Assembly: GCA_977017575.1 (NCBI GenBank) | Contig: CDRNVI010000087.1 | Location: forward strand, 1-64,000 | DNA length: 64,000 bases | Source: Paramoeba atlantica | Lineage: Eukaryota > Protista > Discosea | Direction of reading: 5' to 3' | Shown: piece after piece, positions 33,727 through 46,438 of the stretch | Numbering within the stretch: the first letter of the stretch is position 1 | How the letters are laid out: each line of letters begins with the position of its first letter | Program-made: the position numbers and the translations under genes | The notes under the pieces: generated by a model | What the model was told of the DNA's origin: nothing | Seen by the model: only the letters and a program-made list of their open reading frames with translations | Databases searched by the model: none

Positions 33727-36606
33727 GAAATCAAAAGTACAGAAAAGATACAAATTGGAATTATAAAGCCTGCGAAGAGATAGACAAAAATCAGTACTAA
33801 AAGTTTATGTAAACTTGAGAAAGTAATTTTGATTACGTCTTATATCGAAAAAAAAAAAATAGTGGAGAAAGGAGTGGATCGAAACTATTTTCGATGCAAA
33901 AAAAAAAAAAAAAAAAAAAAAACTAGCCCGCGAAGGCTAGGTACGCCAAGTGAGGTAGTACACGGGCAGTGAATCTCCTCCCCGTCGGCTAGCATCCTGT
34001 TTCGCGACCGTGTCGCTGTCGACACAGGCCCGCGCCTGCGCCCTCCTGTATAACAAGGGAAGGGTTCACAAGTCAGGCCGTGGAGAGGTCGAAAGACCCG
34101 GCCCGGAACGCGCGAATGGATTGGGCATAGATTGCTTGTTTTTATTGTTATTGTTTTTATTGTTCTTATACTTACGGGAGATCGAATTCCTAGTTTTGGG
34201 TTCCAAAATATGAAATTGCTAATTTGATTGCTTGTTTTAAAATCATGTACCCCCCCCCCCAATGGACCTACTTGGTTCGTCTAATGGGTCAAAATATAGA
34301 GGCAATGCCGCAAAAAAAAAAAAAAAAAATGTTCACAGACAGTGACACTAAACAAAAGGATTAAATCCCCAAATGCATCCGTGATATAAGAGTTGAAGTT
34401 TCCTTATTGTAAGACCTCGTTGTCAAATCATATTCAGCGCGGGATACCAACTACGCCCGCACCGCTCTTCTTCTCTCTTCTTCTTCTTCTATTCCGCGCG
34501 GAGTTTTTTTGAAAAGGTGGGATGCCCAGCGGCGCGGCACCCGTCGTGGGAACGCACGCTCCGCATAAAAGACGTTGTTCTGAATCTCGAGGCGGTTTTA
34601 CCCACAGAAGCTGCATTCGCAGGCCTTTCAGTGCAATTTTCGCCGGGACAGCCCACAGAAAACACCCTTTACCTGAGAGAGGTGCATTTGGGAACGTGAA
34701 TACGAAACGAGCGAACAGATCACCCGTCCACAAAATCGTGGAGCATCGAGTGTCGCCGAGTAAATTGAAAGGTGTGATGGAGAAACAGGCGGAATGAGGT
34801 GGAATACAATGGTGTGCTGCATGGCGAGGTTGTGGTGTTTGTTTGCGCTGTTGGGGGTAGAGGTGTCTAGTTTGGTGTGAATTTGTTATCGCATTGGATG
34901 TTTCTGTGAAAATCATATTTTCCGGAGTAAGCATACGGTGGGGGGGAATACAATGGTGCGCTGCGTGGTGCGTCGGGTGTGCTTGTTGTGGCGTTTGAAG
35001 AGTAGATGTGTCTACGTTGTAGGGATGGTGTCTGTTTCATTATGGAGTATTGTACGATGCTTGCAAAAAAAATACTTGCCCTGAGATGAATGTTCACAGA
35101 CAGTGGCACATGTGCTGCGCTGTTTGAATCAGCTTGTGATCATCAAAGCCACAACGCTCGAGAAACACACATGCACTCATCTCCTTTTTCGTTTGGCTTT
35201 TTTTTTCTTCGTTGTCTTCGCCCTCCCCTCGACACCCCCTTGGTCGCCCTCTGTTGCCCCCTGCGTCGCTCTGCCGCGCCGCTTTTCGCCCCCCACCCAC
35301 TGCGCTGTCCCCTTCGCCGCCCATTCCCCCTCCCTCCCTGCTCCCACCTGCGCCACTCTTTCCCTTCCCACAACAACAACAACAACAACACTGATATAAT
35401 CAGTTAAGGGGTTAATATTTTCCCTTAAACATCTTCACACCTTAGATTAAAAACACTGACCACACAACTGTTTACCATATCTCAAATTTAATGTTTGTTT
35501 TAATGAGTCCTCGCATAATGATGAGTCTTTTCATTACAATAAACCAGGAAATGGAACCACCAACGCCCCTAGAGTTCAACGCAAATTGAAGGTATCAACT
35601 ACTTGAGCGCTTCCCTTCCCACTCTTTCCCTTCATCCCCTCTGCCACCCCCTCACGCTGCATCTCGAAGAATGGCGCCGCCCGGTACCGAATATAACAAG
35701 GTACTAAAAAACTAGTGTAGGCGTCATTCACGCTTTTCTTTTCTTTTTTCTTTCTTTCTGCGGCTTGCAACTAGCCCATGATAACGGGGCTAGGGTAACA
35801 ATTTGGAGAGATACGAGCTTGTTGAAGCTGAGGTTTGGCCTGTTGAAGCTGAGGAGCCAGTCCGCTCGAGGGGATACCACCCTAGAAGACTTGGTCCGTT
35901 GAAGCTGAGGTGCTAAAACCGTTGAAGCTGAGAGTCGACACTCCCAAACTATGCCAGCAAGCAGGCAAGGGGTCAAGGAGCACTGCTTTTGGCAGTGTCC
36001 GGGTGTGGCGAACCCCACCCTCCTAGCTAATCCAGATTCCCGCAGCGGACTTTCAGTCTGCGCGTTAGCTGGATCGGCTTGCATTGGCTCTGTGCTGCAA
36101 TCCTTTTAGGTCTGCGCATGGGTCGTGCGGGTCGGAGCTACCTTCGGCTCTCTCCGAGGAGGCAACACCCCGTCTACGGGGTTTTTACCTGAATACATAA
36201 CATAACATAACTTGCCCTGAGATGAATGTTCACAGACAGTGGCACATGTGCTGCGCTGTTTGAATCAGCATGTGAGCATCAAAGCCACAACGCTCGAGAA
36301 ACACACATGCACTCATCTCCTTTTTCGTTTGGCATTTGCCACGTTTTTCAGTTTTTTGTTCTAAAAGTGACGTTCGATTTGGGGTGGTGTGGATCGCGCT
36401 TTGGAGCCAGGAAGTCGTGCGAGGCTGTCGGCTATCCGAACGGCGGCTTCTCGAATCTTGTCCCGCTGGGAGGTGCAGAATGGCATCGGAGAGATGAAAA
36501 CAAATCAAGCACGATTAGATTCATACGGACGAATTCTTAGCTGGAGAGAATGGTTGAAAACTGTTCACTCGATCTTGATCAGTTCCTTGTGGTAGAGACT
36601 CGGAAG

Positions 36607-36687
36607 GCGTCTATACCCAAATGGTTAAGGGGCCTGACTTGAAATCAGGTGTGTTCTCACGCGCAGGTTCAAACCATGCTGGGCGCG
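36607..36687 (+). tRNA. tRNA-Ser(TGA) copy, A-box and T-stem lesions
   Basis: AAATGG and CCATGC variants. Confidence 0.65.
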
Positions 36688-37039
36688 TTTTCCTTCCACA
36701 AGCGTTGTCAAATCATATTCAGCGCGGGGTACCAACTACGCCCGCACCGCTCTTCTTCTCTCTTCTTCTTCTTCTATTCCGCGCGGAGTTTTTTTGAAAA
36801 GGTGGGATGCCCAGCGGCGCGGCACCCGTCGTGGGAACTCACGCTCCGCATAAAAGACGTTGTTCTGAATCTCGAGGCGGTTTTACCCACAGAAGCTGCA
36901 TTCGCAGGCCTTTCAGTGCAATTTTCGCCAGGACAGCCCACAGAAAACACCCTTTACCTGAGAGAGGTGCATTTGGGAACGTGAATACGAAACGAGCGAA
37001 CAGATCACCCGCCCACAAAATCGTGGAGCATCGAGATTA

Positions 37040-37766
37040 GTGCCCAGCAGACTATTCACCCTTGCGGTAATGCCTCGTTTTGGACTGGCACATCCCAGGC
37101 TCCCTGCACACCTACAGTGCCCCGGGTGTCACACCTTGCTGACTTCCGAGAACGCTATTTCCCACGTGGCTGGATGCTCGACTTGCACTGGTAACAACGC
37201 GACAACGAAGCACAACAAAATGGTCCACAGACTGTATGAATTATGCATCAAAGCAGGCATTCCTTGTGAACGAGAACCCCGGCAGTTCTCTACGTACACG
37301 TGTGGCAAATGTGGAGCTCATCTGGATGGGGATTCTAAACCATCACACCAAAGGATCTGCGGATCAGGATCTTTTCACCACTCAGGGCCGGATCTAGTTA
37401 TTCACTGGGCCGACGGAGACGTATTCTACGACTTCACCATTGTGCATGAACTATGTCCTTCGAATTTAACGCGAGGCGGCACAATCCTTATGAGGGACGC
37501 CATCAAACGGAAGAACAAGCAACACGTACGTAGCCTCAAAACTGCTCCCCCAAATCCAATTTCAGTGCATACCGATGCTTGCAGGAGGAGCTATGCACGC
37601 TAACACAAAGAACCTACTTCTCGCTTTAGCCGACGCGTGTGGATTAGAGCGGGATTACGTGATCCAAGATTTTACACTTCGATTACAAGAATTCAACGGA
37701 TCGGTTGTTCTCTCGCAACTTGGCAAATTTCTAGTGCCGCAGAGCCGAGAAGATACGGCGATTTAA
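37040..37766 (+). pseudogene. Family B copy with +4 frameshift
   Basis: AACAAGCAACACGTAC vs AACAAGACGTAC. Confidence 0.85.
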
Positions 37767-38349
37767 TCAACCATTCTTTATTAATTATGAAAACTTGAGA
37801 AAGTAATTGTGGTTCCGGCTCAACACATGAGAGAAAATCATATTATTCATTATCTGAAAACATCTGTCAGTTTCTTCGTCTGTAGGTTCCTTTGAGATAC
37901 AGTTTATTTTAAACGAGCGAACAGATCACCTGCCCACAAAATCGTGGAGATTTTCCACGTCCACCCCGTTACATCGTGTCTCAAGCCTCCTTTGCGTAAG
38001 CAGCTCGCAATTTAGCGGCTGCGCTGGAGCCTGGTTCAACTCGGCGGTTCCGGGTTGGTCCTCCAGGGGAGCGGGGTTGGGTGTGGGCCTTGAAGGCACT
38101 CCTGATCGCTTTCCCTTTGTAGTGAGGCCGCCAGGTTGCGAGTTTTGTCGATAGCGGGAATCGAACCCACAACCTACAGGTTGTAAGGCCCACCGTCTAC
38201 CAACTACGCCCGCACCGCACTTATGGCATCGGAGAGATGAAAACAAATCAAGCACGATTAGATTCATACGGACGAATTCTTAGCTGGAGAGAATGGTTGA
38301 AAACTGTTCACTCGATCTTGATCAGTTCCTTGTGGTAGAGACTCGGAAG

Positions 38350-38430
38350 GCGTCTATACCCAAGTGGTTAAGGGGCCTGACTTGAAATCAGGTGTGTTCT
38401 CACGCGCAGGTTGAAACCCTGCTGGGCGCG
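38350..38430 (+). tRNA. tRNA-Ser(TGA) copy, B-box lesion
   Basis: TTGAAAC variant. Confidence 0.7.
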
Positions 38431-38447
38431 TTTTCCTTCCACAAGCG

Positions 38448-39200
38448 TTGTCATGGCTCACCTCAAATTCTAGACTTGTACCTACGCGACTTTTCAAGTT
38501 AGCAGTTATGCCACGCATTGGGATTGCACATCCGAGCCTCCCCTCCAATTTACAGTGTCCAGGGTGCCATGCATTACTTAACCCCCGTACAGCGCTCACG
38601 CACGTGTCCGGGTGCGTCAAATGTTCAGGCAATAACGCAACGGCAAAGCACAACAAGATGGTTCGGAATATTTATGAATTATGCATAAAATCAGGTCTGC
38701 CCTTTGAGCTGGAACCCAGACAGTTCTCCACCTACACTTGCGCAAAATGTGGAGCAAGCGTGGATGGCGACGGCAAATCCCATCACCAAAGAACCTGCGG
38801 ATCCGGATCTTTTTATCATTCGGGCCCAGATATCGTGATTCATTGGGCAAGCGGAGATGTATACTACGATTTCACCATCGGCCACGAGCTATCGCAATCA
38901 AATGTTGGACGTAGCACCGCTCAGCTTTTCCGTGATGCCATAAAACGCAAAGTCTCCAAATACGTGGCGTCTAAGCTTATTCCTAATGAGCAATTCCAAT
39001 GTGTACCAATGCTCTCCGGCGGTGCAATGCACAGCAACACCAAAGCGCTTATCACAACCCTGGCTGATGCATGTGGACTCGAACGGGACTTCGTAGTACA
39101 GGATTTCACCCTTCGACTACAGGAACTTAACGGTTCAGTGGTGATGTCCCAACTCCGCAAATACATAGCCACAACTCAAGTGGACAATACGGCTTTTTAG
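38448..39200 (+). CDS. Family C CCHC-RLE ORF copy
   Basis: Identical protein to 20121. Confidence 0.8.
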   Translation: MSWLTSNSRLVPTRLFKLAVMPRIGIAHPSLPSNLQCPGCHALLNPRTALTHVSGCVKCSGNNATAKHNKMVRNIYELCIKSGLPFELEPRQFSTYTCAKCGASVDGDGKSHHQRTCGSGSFYHSGPDIVIHWASGDVYYDFTIGHELSQSNVGRSTAQLFRDAIKRKVSKYVASKLIPNEQFQCVPMLSGGAMHSNTKALITTLADACGLERDFVVQDFTLRLQELNGSVVMSQLRKYIATTQVDNTAF

Positions 39201-39293
39201 GCACGTGCGAGTTTTTCGGTAGGCGTTGACTATTGATATAAGAGTTGAAGTTTAGACGACTGAAAGTCTATGAAAAGAAACTGAGATGAATGC

Positions 39294-39880
39294 GTGCAAT
39301 GTACAGGTTTCAACGCCACAGCGAAGCACAACATGTTGACCAAGTTTCTGTATGATCTTTGCATGAAAGCCGGTATTCCATGCGAAAGAGAGCCGCGTTC
39401 TTTTAGCACGTGGAGTTGTCTAACATGCGGAAATACAGTCGACTACAACAATCAGCATCTCCACCACAAAACATGCGGAGGACGGCAGTTTCATCGCTCA
39501 GGCCCGGATCTTGCGATCTACTGGAACAGTGGCGTGGTGTTCTACGACCTAACTGTGGTGCACGAGCTCGCGCCTTCCCATCGGAATAAAAAGTGTTCCT
39601 AACTCGTGCGAGAAGCTATACAGCGGAAAAATGAAACATACGTCAATAGTAGCATGATTCCGGCGGAAGCTTTTGAGTGCCTTCCTGTCTTGTCTGCTGG
39701 TCTTTACATAAGAGCACACGGGGCCTAATTAAATCACTGACGGATGTCTGCCTGTTGGATACCCAAAACACCGAACAGGCATTCAAGTTGCTACTCCAAG
39801 AGCTGAACGGATCCGAAGTATACGCACAGCTCCGACATTTTTTGGAGCCTCAAGACTATCAGAAAAGCACTATTCTTTAA
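39294..39880 (+). pseudogene. Family A 3' fragment copy with an extra nonsense mutation
   Basis: CAA to TAA at 39600-39602, plus the shared frameshift. Confidence 0.85.
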
Positions 39881-40015
39881 GAAATCAAAAGTACAGAAAA
39901 GATACAAATTGGAATTATAAAGCCTGCGAAGAGATAGACAAAAATCAGTACTAAAAGTTTATGTAAACTTGAGAAAGTAATTTTGATTACGTCTTATATA
40001 GACGTATATATTTAT

Positions 40016-40958
40016 TTTCTTTTTTAGGCTCTTCGTTAAACGCGGTGGTTGCTTTCAACTTAGAAGTCACTCATGCTGCGCGCTTCGCGTTGAAAACTAC
40101 CGCCGCGTTTAACGAAGAGCCTAAAAAAGAAAATTTAGCCTGGAAAACGGAAAGATTATAGCCAAAAATAGCCGAATTTCGGGTACAAATGGGGTCAATT
40201 TCGCATAATTTTGCTCTCAGAGCACTAAATCCGACATTTGCGCGTGGGAAATCACTCGCAGGCATGAATGAAAGCCTACCGAACGTATTGGGTAGAGAAT
40301 GCGACTCCAACCATACCATTCTTTCGACACAAAAATGCCCCTTTAGGTCCTAAAAATACTTTTTCACCTTTTTTAGTCAAAAGTGGGTCATTTTGAGGGG
40401 CGCACCACAGTTCGAAGAAGGGATACCTTGCGAAAACAACTGCGTAGAAAGCTAGTGTAGGCCCCAAACAATCAAAATACAATAGGGGAAACGATTTTGG
40501 AAAAATATTTTTTTTGTCATTTTTTTCGCCAAGTTGAATTTTTTTTCAAAAAAATTTTTCCGAAAAAATCCGAACTTGGCGGACCCGTCCTGCGGATACG
40601 CGGGGGGGTCACCCCCGGGTAGGGGGGTGGAAAATGCGCGCCAAGACCCCGGCTACCCTTTCTGCGGTTTTTTTTCGAAAACTAATTTTTTCGAAAAAAT
40701 TTGATCGACCATGCCCCCCCCCCCTGGACTCCCCCCCTGGACCCCCCCCTGGACCCCCCCCCTGGACCCCCCCCCTGGACCCCCCCCATGGACCCCTCAT
40801 TTTTTTCAAAAAATTTTTTCAGTTTTGGACCACCGGAGCCCCCTTTTATATTTTTTTCTTCTATTATATTACTGTGTTCCTCTTTATATTTTCACTGTTT
40901 TTGTTCACTTTTTTTTCAATAATCGAGTGTAGAGCGGTAGTTTTACAACCACCGCAAT
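40016..40958. mobile_element. Non-autonomous hairpin-ended DNA element inserted at AT (copy 2)
   Basis: Highly similar to 8111-9045. The empty site GACGTATATATTTAT/AGAGATGAAAAC is visible at ~44466-44492, ~47992 and ~51514. Confidence 0.8.
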
Positions 40959-41075
40959 AGAGATGAAAACAAATCAAGCACGATTAGATTCATACGGACG
41001 AATTCTTAGCTGGAGAGAATGGTTGAAAACTGTTCACTCGATCTTGATCAGTTCCTTGTGGTAGAGACTCGGAAG

Positions 41076-41156
41076 GCGTCTATACCCAAATGGTTAAGGG
41101 GCCTGACTTGAAATCAGGTGTGTTCTCACGCGCAGGTTCAAACCATGCTGGGCGCG
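41076..41156 (+). tRNA. tRNA-Ser(TGA) copy, A-box and T-stem lesions
   Basis: AAATGG and CCATGC variants. Confidence 0.65.
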
Positions 41157-41508
41157 TTTTCCTTCCACAAGCGTTGTCAAATCATATTCAGCGCGGGGTA
41201 CCAACTACGCCCGCACCGCTCTTCTTCTCTCTTCTTCTTCTTCTATTCCGCGCGGAGTTTTTTTGAAAAGGTGGGATGCCCAGCGGCGCGGCACCCGTCG
41301 TGGGAACTCACGCTCCGCATAAAAGACGTTGTTCTGAATCTCGAGGCGGTTTTACCCACAGAAGCTGCATTCGCAGGCCTTTCAGTGCAATTTTCGCCAG
41401 GACAGCCCACAGAAAACACCCTTTACCTGAGAGAGGTGCATTTGGGAACGTGAATACGAAACGAGCGAACAGATCACCCGCCCACAAAATCGTGGAGCAT
41501 CGAGATTA

Positions 41509-42231
41509 GTGCCCAGCAGACTATTCACCCTTGCGGTAATGCCTCGTTTTGGACTGGCACATCCCAGGCTCCCTGCACACCTACAGTGCCCCGGGTGTCA
41601 CACCTTGCTGACTTCCGAGAACGCTATTTCCCACGTGGCTGGATGCTCGACTTGCACTGGTAACAACGCGACAACGAAGCACAACAAAATGGTCCACAGA
41701 CTGTATGAATTATGCATCAAAGCAGGCATTCCTTGTGAACGAGAACCCCGGCAGTTCTCTACGTACACGTGTGGCAAATGTGGAGCTCATCTGGATGGGG
41801 ATTCTAAACCATCACACCAAAGGATCTGCGGATCAGGATCTTTTCACCACTCAGGGCCGGATCTAGTTATTCACTGGGCCGACGGAGACGTATTCTACGA
41901 CTTCACCATTGTGCATGAACTATGTCCTTCGAATTTAACGCGAGGCGGCACAATCCTTATGAGGGACGCCATCAAACGGAAGAACAAGACGTACGTAGCC
42001 TCAAAACTGCTCCCCCAAATCCAATTTCAGTGCATACCGATGCTTGCAGGAGGAGCTATGCACGCTAACACAAAGAACCTACTTCTCGCTTTAGCCGACG
42101 CGTGTGGATTAGAGCGGGATTACGTGATCCAAGATTTTACACTTCGATTACAAGAATTCAACGGATCGGTTGTTCTCTCGCAACTTGGCAAATTTCTAGT
42201 GCCGCAGAGCCGAGAAGATACGGCGATTTAA
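41509..42231 (+). CDS. Family B CCHC-RLE ORF copy
   Basis: Identical protein to 18717. Confidence 0.8.
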   Translation: MPSRLFTLAVMPRFGLAHPRLPAHLQCPGCHTLLTSENAISHVAGCSTCTGNNATTKHNKMVHRLYELCIKAGIPCEREPRQFSTYTCGKCGAHLDGDSKPSHQRICGSGSFHHSGPDLVIHWADGDVFYDFTIVHELCPSNLTRGGTILMRDAIKRKNKTYVASKLLPQIQFQCIPMLAGGAMHANTKNLLLALADACGLERDYVIQDFTLRLQEFNGSVVLSQLGKFLVPQSREDTAI

Positions 42232-42814
42232 TCAACCATTCTTTATTAATTATGAAAACTTGAGAAAGTAATTGTGGTTCCGGCTCAACACATGAGAGAA
42301 AATCATATTATTCATTATCTGAAAACATCTGTCAGTTTCTTCGTCTGTAGGTTCCTTTGAGATACAGTTTATTTTAAACGAGCGAACAGATCACCCGCCC
42401 ACAAAATCGTGGAGATTTTCCACGTCCACCCCGTTACATCGTGTCTCAAGCCTCCTTTGCGTAAGCAGCTCGCAATTTAGCGGCTGCGCTGGAGCCTGGT
42501 TCAACTCGGCGGTTCCGGGTTGGTCCTCCAGGGGAGCGGGGTTGGGTGTGGGCCTTGAAGGCACTCCTGATCGCTTTCCCTTTGTAGTGAGGCCGCCAGG
42601 TTGCGAGTTTTGTCGATAGCGGGAATCGAACCCACAACCTACAGGTTGTAAGGCCCACCGTCTACCAACTACGCCCGCACCGCACTTATGGCATCGGAGA
42701 GATGAAAACAAATCAAGCACGATTAGATTCATACGGACGAATTCTTAGCTGGAGAGAATGGTTGAAAACTGTTCACTCGATCTTGATCAGTTCCTTGTGG
42801 TAGAGACTCGGAAG

Positions 42815-42895
42815 GCGTCTATACCCAAGTGGTTAAGGGGCCTGACTTGAAATCAGGTGTGTTCTCACGCGCAGGTTGAAACCCTGCTGGGCGCG
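42815..42895 (+). tRNA. tRNA-Ser(TGA) copy, B-box lesion
   Basis: TTGAAAC variant. Confidence 0.7.
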
Positions 42896-42912
42896 TTTTC
42901 CTTCCACAAGCG

Positions 42913-43665
42913 TTGTCATGGCTCACCTCAAATTCTAGACTTGTACCTACGCGACTTTTCAAGTTAGCAGTTATGCCACGCATTGGGATTGCACATCCGA
43001 GCCTCCCCTCCAATTTACAGTGTCCAGGGTGCCATGCATTACTTAACCCCCGTACAGCGCTCACGCACGTGTCCGGGTGCGTCAAATGTTCAGGCAATAA
43101 CGCAACGGCAAAGCACAACAAGATGGTTCGGAATATTTATGAATTATGCATAAAATCAGGTCTGCCCTTTGAGCTGGAACCCAGACAGTTCTCCACCTAC
43201 ACTTGCGCAAAATGTGGAGCAAGCGTGGATGGCGACGGCAAATCCCATCACCAAAGAACCTGCGGATCCGGATCTTTTTATCATTCGGGCCCAGATATCG
43301 TGATTCATTGGGCAAGCGGAGATGTATACTACGATTTCACCATCGGCCACGAGCTATCGCAATCAAATGTTGGACGTAGCACCGCTCAGCTTTTCCGTGA
43401 TGCCATAAAACGCAAAGTCTCCAAATACGTGGCGTCTAAGCTTATTCCTAATGAGCAATTCCAATGTGTACCAATGCTCTCCGGCGGTGCAATGCACAGC
43501 AACACCAAAGCGCTTATCACAACCCTGGCTGATGCATGTGGACTCGAACGGGACTTCGTAGTACAGGATTTCACCCTTCGACTACAGGAACTTAACGGTT
43601 CAGTGGTGATGTCCCAACTCCGCAAATACATAGCCACAACTCAAGTGGACAATACGGCTTTTTAG
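42913..43665 (+). CDS. Family C CCHC-RLE ORF copy
   Basis: Identical protein to 20121. Confidence 0.8.
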   Translation: MSWLTSNSRLVPTRLFKLAVMPRIGIAHPSLPSNLQCPGCHALLNPRTALTHVSGCVKCSGNNATAKHNKMVRNIYELCIKSGLPFELEPRQFSTYTCAKCGASVDGDGKSHHQRTCGSGSFYHSGPDIVIHWASGDVYYDFTIGHELSQSNVGRSTAQLFRDAIKRKVSKYVASKLIPNEQFQCVPMLSGGAMHSNTKALITTLADACGLERDFVVQDFTLRLQELNGSVVMSQLRKYIATTQVDNTAF

Positions 43666-43758
43666 GCACGTGCGAGTTTTTCGGTAGGCGTTGACTATTG
43701 ATATAAGAGTTGAAGTTTAGACGACTGAAAGTCTATGAAAAGAAACTGAGATGAATGC

Positions 43759-44345
43759 GTGCAATGTACAGGTTTCAACGCCACAGCGAAGCACAACATG
43801 TTGACCAAGTTTCTGTATGATCTTTGCATGAAAGCCGGTATTCCATGCGAAAGAGAGCCGCGTTCTTTTAGCACGTGGAGTTGTCTAACATGCGGAAATA
43901 CAGTCGACTACAACAATCAGCATCTCCACCACAAAACATGCGGAGGACGGCAGTTTCATCGCTCAGGCCCGGATCTTGCGATCTACTGGAACAGTGGCGT
44001 GGTGTTCTACGACCTAACTGTGGTGCACGAGCTCGCGCCTTCCCATCGGAATAAAAAGTGTTCCCAACTCGTGCGAGAAGCTATACAGCGGAAAAATGAA
44101 ACATACGTCAATAGTGGCATGATTCCGGCGGAAGCTTTTGAGTGCCTTCCTGTCTTGTCTGCTGGTCTTTACATAAGAGCACACGGGGCCTAATTAAATC
44201 ACTGACGGATGTCTGCCTGTTGGATACCCAAAACACCGAACAGGCATTCAAGTTGCTACTCCAAGAGCTGAACGGATCCGAAGTATACGCACAGCTCCGA
44301 CATTTTTTGGAGCCTCAAGACTATCAGAAAAGCACTATTCTTTAA
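43759..44345 (+). pseudogene. Family A 3' fragment copy
   Basis: Same frameshift as 20967. Confidence 0.85.
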
Positions 44346-44597
44346 GAAATCAAAAGTACAGAAAAGATACAAATTGGAATTATAAAGCCTGCGAAGAGAT
44401 AGACAAAAATCAGTACTAAAAGTTTATGTAAACTTGAGAAAGTAATTTTGATTACGTCTTATATAGACGTATATATTTATAGAGATGAAAACAAATCAAG
44501 CACGATTAGATTCATACGGACGAATTCTTAGCTGGAGAGAATGGTTGAAAACTGTTCACTCGATCTTGATCAGTTCCTTGTGGTAGAGACTCGGAAG

Positions 44598-44678
44598 GCG
44601 TCTATACCCAAGTGGTTAAGGGGCCTGACTTGAAATCAGGTGTGTTCTCACGCGCAGGTTGAAACCCTGCTGGGCGCG
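44598..44678 (+). tRNA. tRNA-Ser(TGA) copy, B-box lesion
   Basis: TTGAAAC variant, here upstream of family B. Confidence 0.7.
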
Positions 44679-45030
44679 TTTTCCTTCCACAAGCGTTGTC
44701 AAATCATATTCAGCGCGGGGTACCAACTACGCCCGCACCGCTCTTCTTCTCTCTTCTTCTTCTTCTATTCCGCGCGGAGTTTTTTTGAAAAGGTGGGATG
44801 CCCAGCGGCGCGGCACCCGTCGTGGGAACGCACGCTCCGCATAAAAGACGTTGTTCTGAATCTCGAGGCGGTTTTACCCACAGAAGCTGCATTCGCAGGC
44901 CTTTCAGTGCAATTTTCGCCAGGACAGCCCACAGAAAACACCCTTTACCTGAGAGAGGTGCATTTGGGAACGTGAATACGAAACGAGCGAACAGATCACC
45001 CGCCCACAAAATCGTGGAGCATCGAGATTA

Positions 45031-45757
45031 GTGCCCAGCAGACTATTCACCCTTGCGGTAATGCCTCGTTTTGGACTGGCACATCCCAGGCTCCCTGCAC
45101 ACCTACAGTGCCCCGGGTGTCACACCTTGCTGACTTCCGAGAACGCTATTTCCCACGTGGCTGGATGCTCGACTTGCACTGGTAACAACGCGACAACGAA
45201 GCACAACAAAATGGTCCACAGACTGTATGAATTATGCATCAAAGCAGGCATTCCTTGTGAACGAGAACCCCGGCAGTTCTCTACGTACACGTGTGGCAAA
45301 TGTGGAGCTCATCTGGATGGGGATTCTAAACCATCACACCAAAGGATCTGCGGATCAGGATCTTTTCACCACTCAGGGCCGGATCTAGTTATTCACTGGG
45401 CCGACGGAGACGTATTCTACGACTTCACCATTGTGCATGAACTATGTCCTTCGAATTTAACGCGAGGCGGCACAATCCTTATGAGGGACGCCATCAAACG
45501 GAAGAACAAGCAACACGTACGTAGCCTCAAAACTGCTCCCCCAAATCCAATTTCAGTGCATACCGATGCTTGCAGGAGGAGCTATGCACGCTAACACAAA
45601 GAACCTACTTCTCGCTTTAGCCGACGCGTGTGGATTAGAGCGGGATTACGTGATCCAAGGTTTTACACTTCGATTACAAGAATTCAACGGATCGGTTGTT
45701 CTCTCGCAACTTGGCAAATTTCTAGTGCCGCAGAGCCGAGAAGATACGGCGATTTAA
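45031..45757 (+). pseudogene. Family B copy with +4 frameshift
   Basis: Same CAAC insertion as the 37040 copy, plus QDF to QGF. Confidence 0.85.
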
Positions 45758-46340
45758 TCAACCATTCTTTATTAATTATGAAAACTTGAGAAAGTAATTG
45801 TGGTTCCGGCTCAACACATGAGAGAAAATCATATTATTCATTATCTGAAAACATCTGTCAGTTTCTTCGTCTGTAGGTTCCTTTGAGATACAGTTTATTT
45901 TAAACGAGCGAACAGATCACCCGCCCACAAAATCGTGGAGATTTTCCACGTCCACCCCGTTACATCGTGTCTCAAGCCTCCTTTGCGTAAGCAGCTCGCA
46001 ATTTAGCGGCTGCGCTGGAGCCTGGTTCAACTCGGCGGTTCCGGGTTGGTCCTCCAGGGGAGCGGGGTTGGGTGTGGGCCTTGAAGGCACTCCTGATCGC
46101 TTTCCCTTTGTAGTGAGGCCGCCAGGTTGCGAGTTTTGTCGATAGCGGGAATCGAACCCACAACCTACAGGTTGTAAGGCCCACCGTCTACCAACTACGC
46201 CCGCACCGCACTTATGGCATCGGAGAGATGAAAACAAATCAAGCACGATTAGATTCATACGGACGAATTCTTAGCTGGAGAGAATGGTTGAAAACTGTTC
46301 ACTCGATCTTGATCAGTTCCTTGTGGTAGAGACTCGGAAG

Positions 46341-46421
46341 GCGTCTATACCCAAGTGGTTAAGGGGCCTGACTTGAAATCAGGTGTGTTCTCACGCGCAG
46401 GTTGAAACCCTGCTGGGCGCG
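46341..46421 (+). tRNA. tRNA-Ser(TGA) copy, B-box lesion
   Basis: TTGAAAC variant. Confidence 0.7.
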
Positions 46422-46438
46422 TTTTCCTTCCACAAGCG

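Larger units (their letters stand above)
16161..40015. repeat. Tandem array, ~6.09-kb unit, about 4 copies
   Basis: Identical ORF-track blocks recur at 16767, 22853, 28940 and 35090 (steps 6086, 6087, 6150). Confidence 0.95.
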
